Origin: a virus
Taxonomy: Duplodnaviria; Heunggongvirae; Uroviricota; Caudoviricetes
Strand: one strand, 5' to 3'
IMG/VR virus record: IMGVR_UViG_3300047483_000428
DNA: 64,000 nucleotides
Numbering within the stretch: the first letter of the stretch is position 1; each line of letters begins with the position of its first letter. Made by a program: the position numbers and the translations under genes. Positions 9,003 through 16,590 of this stretch are shown in pieces. The notes beneath the pieces were generated by a model, which was not told where the DNA came from, did not search any database, and was given only the letters and a program-made list of their open reading frames with translations.

Positions 9003-9165
9003 TCAGCCCTTGTCAAAATCGTCTTGGGATTTATTACCCTTACGCAACTCAACCTTATCATCACGGCGTTGCGCTTTTTTGCTCTTACCATGAGCACCGC
9101 TCTTTTTCGTAATCAAATGTTGCACGAAGGGATTACGAGCCTTCGGTAGTTTCTTTCGTTTCATT
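9003..9165 (-). CDS. hypothetical small basic protein (53 aa, below cutoff)
   Basis: Hand translation gives MKRKKLPKARNPFVQHLITKKSGAHGKSKKAQRRDDKVELRKGNKSQDDFDKG. An AAGGAGA RBS sits 7 nt upstream. Confidence 0.3.
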
Positions 9166-9291
9166 TGTAATCTCCTTGATTTCTACCTTTGCTGTTGATT
9201 TATCAACTTCACTTGCATGGACAAATGCCATTGCATCTTCTTTTTTTGTGGTGATTGCCACTATTTCATCGTCAACAGTCACCACAAACAT
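9126..9291 (-). CDS. hypothetical small protein (about 52 aa)
   Basis: Hand translation gives MFVVTVDDEIVAITTKKEDAMAFVHASEVDKSTAKVEIKEITNETKETTEGS. A GGAG RBS precedes it, and it overlaps the next gene out of frame. Confidence 0.25.
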
Positions 9292-9296
9292 TATTC

Positions 9297-9446
9297 TGTT
9301 TTCTCCGTTTCATAAGGAATGAACTCAACCGTCCATTTACCATCAGACCAAGTTTTCAGATGTTTCATCCAATACTTGAGTTTGCCATACTTCTTCTGAT
9401 GAAGACGAGTAAGGTAGGAAAGATTTCCACTATGGATATTGCTCAT
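9297..9446 (-). CDS. hypothetical small protein (about 49 aa)
   Basis: Hand translation gives MSNIHSGNLSYLTRLHQKKYGKLKYWMKHLKTWSDGKWTVEFIPYETEKTE, with a GGAG RBS. Confidence 0.3.
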
Positions 9447-9616
9447 TCTTTGCTCCATTCGTAAACATCATCAAAGTCAAGACCTTGGGATTTCAGGTCG
9501 CTGGCGATTTTCTTAACTTCTTCAAGGTCACCGTCAAAACCAAGGTCTTCACGAATTGCTTCTTCGGTTTCACCGTGGAAGAACCAGCAGACAGCTTCTT
9601 TGAAAATCTTGGTCAT
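9443..9616 (-). CDS. hypothetical acidic protein
   Basis: Start moved to the internal MTKIFKEA, which has a GAGGGAGA RBS and lies downstream of a promoter-motif copy at 9627..9660. Confidence 0.4.
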   Translation of the reverse strand: MTKIFKEAVCWFFHGETEEAIREDLGFDGDLEEVKKIASDLKSQGLDFDDVYEWSKE

Positions 9617-9626
9617 TTCGTCTCTC

Positions 9627-9660
9627 CCTCTTACTTGTATAGGTATACAGTGATTCGTGG
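9627..9660 (-). promoter_or_regulatory. promoter-like motif copy (minus strand: TTGACT, N17 containing CGAATCAC, TATA-rich -10)
   Basis: Plus strand reads tgtataggtatacagtgattcgtggaaagagtcaa; a member of the family repeated at least 20 times in this window. Confidence 0.5.
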
Positions 9661-9666
9661 AAAGAG

Positions 9667-9837
9667 TCAATAGTCTTTTACTATTTTCAGAGAAGTTTCT
9701 GCTTGAATAGCATCTGCTTCATCAATCGCTTCTTGTTCGGATAAACCAGAAAGTTCATCCCAGTTATCAGACCCAACCACCTTCACCGAAAAGGTGTCAT
9801 CTTCCGAGTCTTGATAGATTGAAATATAAGATTTCAT
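9667..9837 (-). CDS. hypothetical acidic protein
   Basis: Start tentatively at the internal MKSYISIYQD; weak RBS. Confidence 0.3.
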   Translation of the reverse strand: MKSYISIYQDSEDDTFSVKVVGSDNWDELSGLSEQEAIDEADAIQAETSLKIVKDY

Positions 9838-9841
9838 TTCA

Positions 9842-10108
9842 TCACACGCGGGCAAAAGAACGGCCAGAAAAGGCTTCAAGAATACCGTAATACCAATTTT
9901 CATTTGTATCACGAAGAATCGTAAGAGGGGCTTTGTCATTCGCCATTTCAGAAAAGTAACTCTCAACCGTATGATTGGCAATCAATTCTTTCAAGAACTT
10001 TGCTTTAGTGAACGGGCTACCACGGTGTTTGAAACGAGCAACAAACTTGCCCTCGTAACGAACATATTCACCAGAAGTTTCGAACTTAGCTTTTACAAAC
10101 TTCGTCAT
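9842..10108 (-). CDS. hypothetical protein
   Basis: Start moved to the internal MTKFVKAKF, which has an AAGGAGA RBS, directly downstream of promoter motif 10131..10161. Confidence 0.45.
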   Translation of the reverse strand: MTKFVKAKFETSGEYVRYEGKFVARFKHRGSPFTKAKFLKELIANHTVESYFSEMANDKAPLTILRDTNENWYYGILEAFSGRSFARV

Positions 10109-10130
10109 TTCGTATCTCCTTCTCACAGTA

Positions 10131-10161
10131 TGTTTATATACTGATTCGTGAAAGAAGTCAA
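10131..10161 (-). promoter_or_regulatory. promoter-like motif copy
   Basis: Plus strand reads tgtttatatactgattcgtgaaagaagtcaa. Confidence 0.5.
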
Positions 10162-10177
10162 CTACATTGTTGGAAAA

Positions 10178-10252
10178 TGGTGCTGCGAAAGAGGATTGAA
10201 CTCTTGACCTCTTCATTACCAATGAAGTGCTCTACCACTGAGCTACCGCAGC
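10178..10252 (-). tRNA. tRNA-Thr (anticodon GGT)
   Basis: GCTGCGG-TA-GCTC-AGTGGTA-GAGC-A-CTTCA-TTGGTAA-TGAAG-...-AAGAG-TTCAATC-CTCTT-TCGCAGC-A-CCA. Confidence 0.7.
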
Positions 10253-10262
10253 ATAAAAGTAT

Positions 10263-10904
10263 TTATCGTCTTACTACCCAACCACGAAAGTTATAGCTTT
10301 GCCAAACTTGGTCTGCATGACCAAGATATTTCAATTCTTCGGTGATTTCGGCATTAGTCAAACAAAACATCTTACCAATCAAACTGTAATCTTTATCCAA
10401 AATCTCAGTATCGGTGAAGTGTTTTCGTTTTTGGTTGTAGTGTTCTTTTGTCATGATAGAGTTTAGTTTGGCGGTATCACTGAATACCTTTTCGGCAAGT
10501 AGCAGTGTTGCACCGTTGTCTATCAACTCTTTCAACTTTTTTACAACTTGTCGGCGTTTGTATTTACCAAGAAACTGTAACGTGAACATAGATACGATCA
10601 GGTCAACGGATGTAAAGTTTTCCAATGCAGTGATTACATCTTGGTTGAGAAACACAAAATTTTTATCAGACGCCATTTCAACTACGTCAATACCTACGTA
10701 GAAGCCCTCTGTTGAGGCAGAGAGGTCATTGAGAAACTTACCAGTGCTACATCCAATGTCAACGCACTGACCCTCTGGTGGCATGTATTCAAGGGCTATG
10801 GCTCTAAAAACGTCATATAGTCCTTGGTAGTTTGGAATAGAAAGGTTGATGTGATTGTCGAAATCTTCAACCTTCTGAAAGTCAAACTTGTTGTGCATCA
10901 TCAA
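10263..10904 (-). CDS. class I SAM-dependent methyltransferase
   Basis: Motif I CVDIGCSTGKF and motif II VGIDVVE. Confidence 0.6.
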   Translation of the reverse strand: MMMHNKFDFQKVEDFDNHINLSIPNYQGLYDVFRAIALEYMPPEGQCVDIGCSTGKFLNDLSASTEGFYVGIDVVEMASDKNFVFLNQDVITALENFTSVDLIVSMFTLQFLGKYKRRQVVKKLKELIDNGATLLLAEKVFSDTAKLNSIMTKEHYNQKRKHFTDTEILDKDYSLIGKMFCLTNAEITEELKYLGHADQVWQSYNFRGWVVRR

Positions 10905-11775
10905 ATTCCCGTATCAACTCACCAACATGCTGAATGACATTTACCGTCATTCCATTATACACGAACTTTTGAGTATCGGTTAGGTCGCAACCATCAAACC
11001 AATCAATTGGGAACGACTGTAGAAGTAGTCGTTCAGTTGGAGTAACCCTGCGTATTCTATTTTCAGTGATTACCAAATCTGTAAACTGTTTATAGTCTCG
11101 TTTACAAAGAGTTGATGCTAATCCTGATTCGGTAAATTCTGCATTGCTTTGACGAGTGATGTAGGTAAAGGCTTCTTGCCCTCTTTCTGGCTTCGCCTCA
11201 AAACTCCACTCAAAGCCTTGTGAGATAGATTCCACTTTTCTTCTGTGTTCGTCAGTATCACGTTCTCTAAACTTGAAGATTTCGGTTCCAAGGGGGATTC
11301 CGTCACGGACGGCCACAATGTAAACTCTACGTCTTCGTTGGGGAACTCCAAAAAACTTGGAGTCGTAGATTGTCCAAGTCGCATCGTACCCGATTTGGGC
11401 AAGGTCGTGTAGGACGACTTCAATTCCTCTGCCAAGGATTGCAAAGACGTTTTCAATGATCGCATATTTTGGTTTCCCTTCATCTATAAGTCGTAGATAC
11501 TCTTTCCATAATCCAGAACGTTCACCAGTAATGCCAGCACCTTTTCCACCTACAGAAATGTCTTGGCAAGGGAACCCCCCGCACATAACATCATACTCTC
11601 CACCTTTCAGTGAGAGAGTTTTTACGTTGTCAAAAATAACAGCGTTAGGAAAATTCTTTTTTAGAACCCGTGTGGCTGGTTCTTCGATTTCACACATGGC
11701 AGTTATATCAAACCCTGCGCGTTGAAGCCCAAGTTCAAAGCCACCGATTCCACTGAATAGTCCTAATACTTTCAT
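10882..11775 (-). CDS. DNA (cytosine-5)-methyltransferase
   Basis: Motif I LFSGIGG and motif IV GGFPCQDIS (catalytic PC), with ENV-like motifs downstream. Confidence 0.8.
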   Translation of the reverse strand: MKVLGLFSGIGGFELGLQRAGFDITAMCEIEEPATRVLKKNFPNAVIFDNVKTLSLKGGEYDVMCGGFPCQDISVGGKGAGITGERSGLWKEYLRLIDEGKPKYAIIENVFAILGRGIEVVLHDLAQIGYDATWTIYDSKFFGVPQRRRRVYIVAVRDGIPLGTEIFKFRERDTDEHRRKVESISQGFEWSFEAKPERGQEAFTYITRQSNAEFTESGLASTLCKRDYKQFTDLVITENRIRRVTPTERLLLQSFPIDWFDGCDLTDTQKFVYNGMTVNVIQHVGELIREFDDAQQV

Positions 11776-11818
11776 TTTTACCTCATTTTATACATCATAT
11801 CAAAAAAACTCAAATAAG

Positions 11819-12010
11819 TCAAGCCACTAAAAAGTTGGCATCTTCCAAATCTTCTCGTAGGACAAAATCATCAGGAAGTTCAACAGTCTTTCCTTCCATC
11901 ACGCTTTCAATAAGTCTTTTACTTTCAAGTAAACTTTTTCCAGTGTGCTTTCTAACGGCATTTATAGCAGAATATGAGTTTGCTCTATGTTTGCATCCTA
12001 TAATAAGCAT
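11819..12010 (-). CDS. small protein resembling ribosomal protein L7/L12 C-terminal domain
   Basis: SAINAVRKHTGKSLLESKRLIESV...GKTVELPDD parallels the bL12 CTD ([22 protein letters not shown]). Confidence 0.4.
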   Translation of the reverse strand: MLIIGCKHRANSYSAINAVRKHTGKSLLESKRLIESVMEGKTVELPDDFVLREDLEDANFLVA

Positions 12011-12023
12011 TTCCTTTCTCCTT

Positions 12024-12099
12024 TAGAATAATATGGTCCCCAAGGACGGAATCGAACCGCCGACACCATGCTCTTCAGGCAAGTGCTCTACCAACTGAG
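12024..12099 (-). tRNA. tRNA-Phe (anticodon GAA)
   Basis: CCCCAAG-TA-GCTC-AGTTGGTA-GAGC-A-CTTGC-CTGAAGA-GCATG-GTGTC-GGCGG-TTCGATT-CCGTC-CTTGGGG-A-CCA. Has a U28:U42 mismatch and G37. Confidence 0.6.
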
Positions 12100-12355
12100 C
12101 TACTTGGGGACAACCAGTTTTGAGACATGGCGGTCAACCGCTCTTTAACGACAACGGTGGTCGGAACACTTATACATCAGGTTCCTATGACATAACTTTA
12201 CATCGTTTAGCTTACAACGACTGGGAATACATGCTAACCCGCTGCTCCAAAATATTACTATCAGTGACACGAAAGGAGTTGAACCTTCATCTTTACTTTT
12301 TTGGAGTAACGCCTTATCCCTAGTTTTGGCCACGTGTATGTAGTAAAATAATCTA

Positions 12356-12430
12356 TGGTGCGGTCTAATGGATTTGAACCATTGACCTCTGTCGAGTCAG
12401 GACAGCGTTCTACCCCTGAACTAAGGCCGC
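12356..12430 (-). tRNA. tRNA-Val (anticodon GAC), tentative
   Basis: GCGGCCT-TA-GTTC-AGGGGTA-GAAC-G-CTGTC-CTGACTC-GACAG-...-TTCAAAT-...-CCA; position 37 is a pyrimidine. Confidence 0.5.
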
Positions 12431-13152
12431 ATATCTATTTTCAAATTTTCTAACATGGTTCCGTTGAAATCAGCAAACTCAACCTTTTTTGTTGACAAGT
12501 ATTTTTCTGCGACTAATTTAAGATGGTCATAGTTATCTACTATTGTCTTTTTACTTGGTGCTTTTAATTTAGATATATCAAATGGTGTTAGATTTTCTAT
12601 TGGTGTATTACACAGTTCCATATTGGCAAAATCAACAACAGGATCAAAAGTAAGATTTTCCATATATACGATTTCATTATACTGAATATTAAAATCGTTT
12701 CTGCATATATATCCCAAATCCCATAACTGATTATCAACATACCATATAATCATATCATCTGTTATTTCAACTTTATCGAAGTTATGATATTCAACAAATT
12801 CTTTTTTTATATTTGCGATAGCAAGACTCAATGCACTTTGAAAGACATCTTTTCTTAATATGACAATCGTATAATATTTTTTTTGGTAATATCGATCTAT
12901 GACCCCATAGTCTTTCAAATCCACAATTTGAGTAATATGCGTTTTCATTACTACGGGGTCATGTCGTTCAATGAAATTCAGCCGACTATTAAAAAGATTT
13001 GCTATTTCAGACGAAGATGTTATTTCTGGTGGTATTAGAAATGGTTCATTTACACAAACATAATTTTTGTTCAGACTTGTCATGTGATGACAAATCATTC
13101 GTTGCATATATGTCGAACCATTTCTTGGATTACTTATTATTTGAATATTCAT
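12421..13152 (-). CDS. sulfotransferase-like protein (paralog A of 61575..62330)
   Basis: N-terminal ISNPRNGSTY resembles a PAPS 5'-phosphosulfate-binding loop. The shared block RKDVFQSALSLAIA aligns with paralog B's RKNVFDTVMSLALA. Confidence 0.4.
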   Translation of the reverse strand: MNIQIISNPRNGSTYMQRMICHHMTSLNKNYVCVNEPFLIPPEITSSSEIANLFNSRLNFIERHDPVVMKTHITQIVDLKDYGVIDRYYQKKYYTIVILRKDVFQSALSLAIANIKKEFVEYHNFDKVEITDDMIIWYVDNQLWDLGYICRNDFNIQYNEIVYMENLTFDPVVDFANMELCNTPIENLTPFDISKLKAPSKKTIVDNYDHLKLVAEKYLSTKKVEFADFNGTMLENLKIDMRP

Positions 13153-13374
13153 TGTGTTATTCCTTTGAATAATATTTATTCAATAGTGTGCTGCTACGCC
13201 AAAGGAAAACAGAGCCAAAAATATCATAACGAGCGATTATGTTTCTGTTACTGTCCGCATTTTCCCGCCCAGCCTCTCCCTATACCACTTGTTTTCACAG
13301 CCCGATATAGTCTCTTTGCGTTCACGGTGCTTCGTTCCACTCTTTAAAGGATGTGCTGCCTCTAAGCCAACCTC

Positions 13375-14091
13375 CTACTGAACTTTCAAGTAATCATATT
13401 CTCCGCTTAGTAACTTTTCAACAAACGCAGGAACCATTTCTGTTGCAACCCCATCCATACTTTCTGTAAACATATACTTGTTTTCAGAAGGATGTAGATT
13501 GATTTCAACAGTATGTGCTCTTGCTTTTTTCTTTGCAGTCTTCACAAATCCAGCCGCAGGATAAACTGTTCCAGATGTTCCAATCGCAACAAAGATGTCA
13601 CAACGTCTAAGTGCATCATCAATCACTTCCATGTAGTATGGAAATTCACCGAACCAAACGATGTTTGGGCGTAATGCAGGATGATAGCAATCATCACAAA
13701 TATCGTGTGTTTGCATCACTTCATTTGCAGTTGTAATGTCTCCACATTTTCTACAAATAGATTCGTGCAAACTTCCATGCATATGCAATACGTTTTTTGA
13801 CCCTGCTTTTTCATGTAAGTCATCTACGTTTTGAGTAATCAAAGTAACATCAAAATTTGGATTATGCTGTAATGCTGCTAAAGCATAATGCGCTTTGTTT
13901 GGTCTTGCATCGGCAACTTCTTTACGTCTATGGTTATAGAAGTCTAATACAAGTTTTGGATTTTTATAGAAACCTTCTGGGGTTGCTACATCAGTTACAT
14001 CATATTCATTCCAACGTCCATCGGTATCACGAAATGTTTTGATTCCGCTTTCTGCGGAAATTCCCGCCCCTGTCAATATGCATATTTTCAT
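13375..14091 (-). CDS. Sir2-family NAD-dependent protein deacetylase
   Basis: GAGISAESGIKTFR, QNVDDLH, a conserved HG and a CxxC zinc pair. Confidence 0.8.
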   Translation of the reverse strand: MKICILTGAGISAESGIKTFRDTDGRWNEYDVTDVATPEGFYKNPKLVLDFYNHRRKEVADARPNKAHYALAALQHNPNFDVTLITQNVDDLHEKAGSKNVLHMHGSLHESICRKCGDITTANEVMQTHDICDDCYHPALRPNIVWFGEFPYYMEVIDDALRRCDIFVAIGTSGTVYPAAGFVKTAKKKARAHTVEINLHPSENKYMFTESMDGVATEMVPAFVEKLLSGEYDYLKVQ

Positions 14092-14109
14092 TTCGTGTCC
14101 TTATAAGTT

Positions 14110-14185
14110 TGGTGGTGCTGGTAGGAATCGAACCTACGACAACCTAGTTATGAGCCAGGCACTCTACCGACTGAGTTACAGCACC
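14110..14185 (-). tRNA. tRNA with CAT anticodon (Met/fMet/Ile2-type), copy 1
   Basis: GGTGCTG-TA-ACTC-AGTCGGTA-GAGT-G-CCTGG-CTCATAA-CTAGG-TTGTC-GTAGG-TTCGATT-CCTAC-CAGCACC-A-CCA. Confidence 0.75.
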
Positions 14186-14205
14186 GAAAATTCTAGCCAG
14201 AAGCA

Positions 14206-14278
14206 AAACTGTTACGGGATTCGAACCCGCCTCTCCCCCGACTCCGCAGGAGTATCCTTTCCTATAGACGAAACAGTC
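14206..14278 (-). tRNA. degenerate tRNA-like element (possible pseudogene)
   Basis: Acceptor GACTGTT/AACAGTT and T-arm GGCGGG-TTCGAAT-CCCGT are present, but no canonical anticodon arm and no CCA. Confidence 0.25.
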
Positions 14279-14353
14279 TACCTATCAACACCTCTACGAC
14301 GATAATTGAAGATAGTCTTCTAGCTAAGGTAGTCGCAGCTACCTATTCTATGT

Positions 14354-14430
14354 TGGTGGCGGGTGAGGGATTTGAACCCCCGATCTTCTGGTTATGAGCC
14401 AGACGAGATAGACCACTTCTCCAACCCGCA
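14354..14430 (-). tRNA. tRNA with CAT anticodon, copy 2 (position 1 unpaired with 72, initiator-like feature)
   Basis: TGCGGGT-TG-GAGA-AGTGGTCTA-TCTC-G-TCTGG-CTCATAA-CCAGA-AGATC-GGGGG-TTCAAAT-CCCTC-ACCCGCC-A-CCA. Confidence 0.7.
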
Positions 14431-14565
14431 TCAATTGGAGGTCCGTTAGCCGATATAGAGTGGAACCTATATATCCGACCTTGCCGCTTTCGCAGCAAAT
14501 ATTTCACATCATTTTCTCTAATGAGAAGAACAGAGAGGTATGACACGGACCAACATCTTACTGTA

Positions 14566-14655
14566 TGGCGGTGTATACAGGATTCGAACCTGTGGCAGTC
14601 TTTCAACTGCGATGGTTTAGCAAACCACTGGTTTCAGCCACTCACCCAATACACC
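14566..14655 (-). tRNA. tRNA-Ser (anticodon GCT), type II
   Basis: GGTGTAT...GTGGT-TTGCTAA-ACCAT plus an 18 nt variable arm CGCAGTTGAAAGACTGCC, then ACAGG-TTCGAAT-CCTGT-ATACACC-G-CCA. Confidence 0.75.
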
Positions 14656-14656
14656 A

Positions 14657-14851
14657 TTATGTTTTCAGTTGTAAGTTTTTCTCTTTTATGAAGTTAGCAA
14701 TATCGCTTGGCCTAACACGAACTTCCCAATCGTCAATTACATATCCGATTTCGCGTTTGTCAAATGCTCCAACATATCTAATTTTGACATGTGAACGTCC
14801 AACAGAATATTCAAATGTTTGACCATTTACTTCAATCTTACGATAACTCAT
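14657..14851 (-). CDS. hypothetical small protein embedded in tRNA island
   Basis: 64 aa with a strong AAGGAGA RBS 7 nt upstream of the ATG. Confidence 0.5.
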   Translation of the reverse strand: MSYRKIEVNGQTFEYSVGRSHVKIRYVGAFDKREIGYVIDDWEVRVRPSDIANFIKEKNLQLKT

Positions 14852-14894
14852 TTATTTCTCCTTACGGGTTGCTAGGCACAGTGCCTATGGAATA

Positions 14895-14969
14895 TGGCGA
14901 GAGAGGTAGGAATCGAACCCACGACACCGAGTTTTGGAGACTCGTGTTCTACCACTGAACTACACTCCC
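14895..14969 (-). tRNA. tRNA-Trp (anticodon CCA)
   Basis: GGGAGTG-TA-GTTC-AGTGGTA-GAAC-A-CGAGT-CTCCAAA-ACTCG-GTGTC-GTGGG-TTCGATT-CCTAC-CTCTCTC-G-CCA. Confidence 0.75.
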
Positions 14970-15067
14970 ATTTATAGTGGTATCAATCCCCTTACCCCGA
15001 TGATGCTATCTTTGGACAACAGTATCGCTACTGCTTTTCTATGATGGATAGATTGATTACATATTTT

Positions 15068-15143
15068 TGGTGAACGGAGTGGGAATCGAACCCACGACAA
15101 CAGAATTAAAAGTTCCGTGCTCTACCAACTGAGCTACCCGTCC
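15068..15143 (-). tRNA. tRNA-Lys (anticodon TTT)
   Basis: GGACGGG-TA-GCTC-AGTTGGTA-GAGC-A-CGGAA-CTTTTAA-TTCTG-...-GTGGG-TTCGATT-CCCAC-TCCGTTC-A-CCA. Confidence 0.75.
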
Positions 15144-15248
15144 GTAAACTTTACTGGTTCTCACGTCTTGAACCGAATGCTGTCTAGTATTGCGACTCCG
15201 ACTCCCCGCTAATTGCAGGATGGAAGTATCTAGATCAAACACTTATAT

Positions 15249-15325
15249 TGGCACTTCCGACAGGATTCGAACCTGTAACCTTTCGCTTCGTAGGCGAATG
15301 CTCTATCCAGTTGAGCTACGGAAGT
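15249..15325 (-). tRNA. tRNA-Arg (anticodon ACG)
   Basis: ACTTCCG-TA-GCTC-AACTGGATA-GAGC-A-TTCGC-CTACGAA-GCGAA-...-ACAGG-TTCGAAT-CCTGT-CGGAAGT-G-CCA. Confidence 0.75.
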
Positions 15326-15429
15326 ATAAACAGTCGGAGTTTCTTTTAACGTGCTGCCGAATCAGACACAGGTATTTTTGGTGAGTGTTTATCCATCGCA
15401 GGAGGCGCTTCCGCTAGTGGTGTACGGCC

Positions 15430-15470
15430 ACATCAGACCTTGGACATTATGTGGCCACATAATGTCTTGT
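15430..15470. other. stable hairpin in tRNA-island spacer
   Basis: Inverted repeat GGCCACAT...ATGTGGCC (8 bp arms) between tRNA genes; possible processing or termination signal. Confidence 0.3.
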
Positions 15471-15488
15471 CACTTCACACTCATAGTT

Positions 15489-15572
15489 TGGTGGGTGTCC
15501 TTGGAATCGAACCAAGCATAGGTTTCCCTGACGGAGTTACAGTCCGCTGCCTCACCTTGAGGCGGCACACCC
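15489..15572 (-). tRNA. tRNA-Tyr (anticodon GTA), type II, copy 1
   Basis: GGGTGTG...GCGGA-CTGTAAC-TCCGT plus a long variable arm, then CTTGG-TTCGATT-CCAAG-GACACCC-A-CCA. Confidence 0.6.
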
Positions 15573-15767
15573 AAATGTTATGGTGCTGGATTTTTTCGGC
15601 GTCAACACTATGAGCGAGGAAGATAATCCCTCATGGGACTCTATCGCTTATCAACTGCTGACGTTTTGACTTTACGTGGATTAGAATAAACCGCTTCCAC
15701 AACCAGCTTAGATGACCGACCTGTAATATGGTGACTTGACCATATCAGGGAGCATCGGTCGTAATAT

Positions 15768-15856
15768 TGGAGGACGTGGTGTGATTCGAACACACGGTAT
15801 AACTTTCGTTAGCCGGATTTGCAATCCGGTGCCTTGAACCGCTCGGCCACACGTCC
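15768..15856 (-). tRNA. type II (long variable arm, Leu/Ser-like D-arm) tRNA whose anticodon loop reads TTGCAAA (GCA, Cys-type)
   Basis: GGACGTG-TG-GCC-GAGCGGTTCAA-GGC-A-CCGGA-TTGCAAA-TCCGG plus a 17 nt variable arm, then GTGTG-TTCGAAT-CACAC-CACGTCC-T-CCA. Confidence 0.55.
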
Positions 15857-15913
15857 ATTTTTATCTCTTGCATTATGTATAACCTGATTCGCATCAAGAG
15901 TCAACAACTATTT

Positions 15914-16003
15914 TGGCGGATGGTGAGGGATTCGAACCCCCGCTACACTTTCATGTAGCCGCCCTTTCCAGGGGCGGATAATAAACCACTCTAACAACCA
16001 TCC
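15914..16003 (-). tRNA. tRNA-Ser (anticodon GGA), type II
   Basis: GGATGGT...CGCCC-CTGGAAA-GGGCG plus variable arm GCTACATGAAAGTGTAGC, then GGGGG-TTCGAAT-CCCTC-ACCATCC-G-CCA. Confidence 0.7.
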
Positions 16004-16019
16004 ATTGTTTATGGTATTT

Positions 16020-16099
16020 TGGTCCTGCGGGAAGGATTCGAACCTTGCTCTCTCTGATCCACAATCAGATGTGCTAACCGTTAACACTACTTCGCAGGA
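16020..16099 (-). tRNA. tRNA-His (anticodon GTG), tentative
   Basis: Anticodon arm TCTGA-TTGTGGA-TCAGA, T-loop TTCGAAT and a CCA end are clear. The D-arm is irregular and no G-1 is encoded. Confidence 0.5.
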
Positions 16100-16106
16100 T
16101 TATTTT

Positions 16107-16184
<78 letters not shown>

Positions 16185-16195
16185 ACATTTTAGTG

Positions 16196-16314
16196 TGGTG
16201 CGTATGGCTGGACTTGAACCAGCATGTCACCATGACTCATTCAACCACCGTTGAACTTATGGATTTGAACCACCTTACGTCCGTCGACGTGCGTCTACCA
16301 TTTCGCCACATACG
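16196..16314 (-). tRNA. interrupted tRNA-like gene (about 119 nt) with Leu-type 5' half and approx. 50 nt insert before T-arm
   Basis: 5' GCGTATG-TG-GCG-AAATGGTAGA-CGC-A has a D-arm identical to element 8827..8983. 3' GCTGG-TTCAAGT-CCAGC-CATACGC-A-CCA. The acceptor halves pair perfectly; the middle carries two small hairpins instead of an anticodon arm. Confidence 0.3.
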
Positions 16315-16322
16315 CAAATATT

Positions 16323-16397
16323 TGGTTGCCCCTACTGGATTTGAACCAGTGACCTATCCCTTATCAGGGGATTGCTCTACCACTGAGCTAAGAGGCA
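16323..16397 (-). tRNA. tRNA-Ile (anticodon GAT)
   Basis: TGCCTCT-TA-GCTC-AGTGGTA-GAGC-A-ATCCC-CTGATAA-GGGAT-AGGTC-ACTGG-TTCAAAT-CCAGT-AGGGGCA-A-CCA. Confidence 0.75.
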
Positions 16398-16504
16398 TCA
16401 TTATTTGGAAGATAGTATCAAGGGTCGCAAATTCCTTGTGTAGCCCACTTCAAAGCAAACTTAATTACCCAAGCTACTGCGATAGAATACTATCATCAAA
16501 ATAA

Positions 16505-16590
16505 TGGTGTGGGGGGCTGGATTCGAACCAGCGTTGCTTTTCAGCGCCTGATTTACAGTCAGGTGGTTTCAACCGCTCACCCACCCCCAC
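16505..16590 (-). tRNA. tRNA-Tyr (anticodon GTA), type II, copy 2
   Basis: GTGGGGG-TG-GGTG-...-CCTGA-CTGTAAA-TCAGG plus variable arm CGCTGAAAAGCAACG, then CTGG-TTCGAAT-CCAG-CCCCCAC-A-CCA. Confidence 0.65.

Noticed and set aside
12110-12355. Weak T-arm-like motif GAAGGTTCAACTCC in the 250-bp gap between tRNA-Phe and tRNA-Val
   Set aside because: No complementary acceptor strand or D/anticodon arms could be found. Left unannotated, though a small ncRNA is not excluded.
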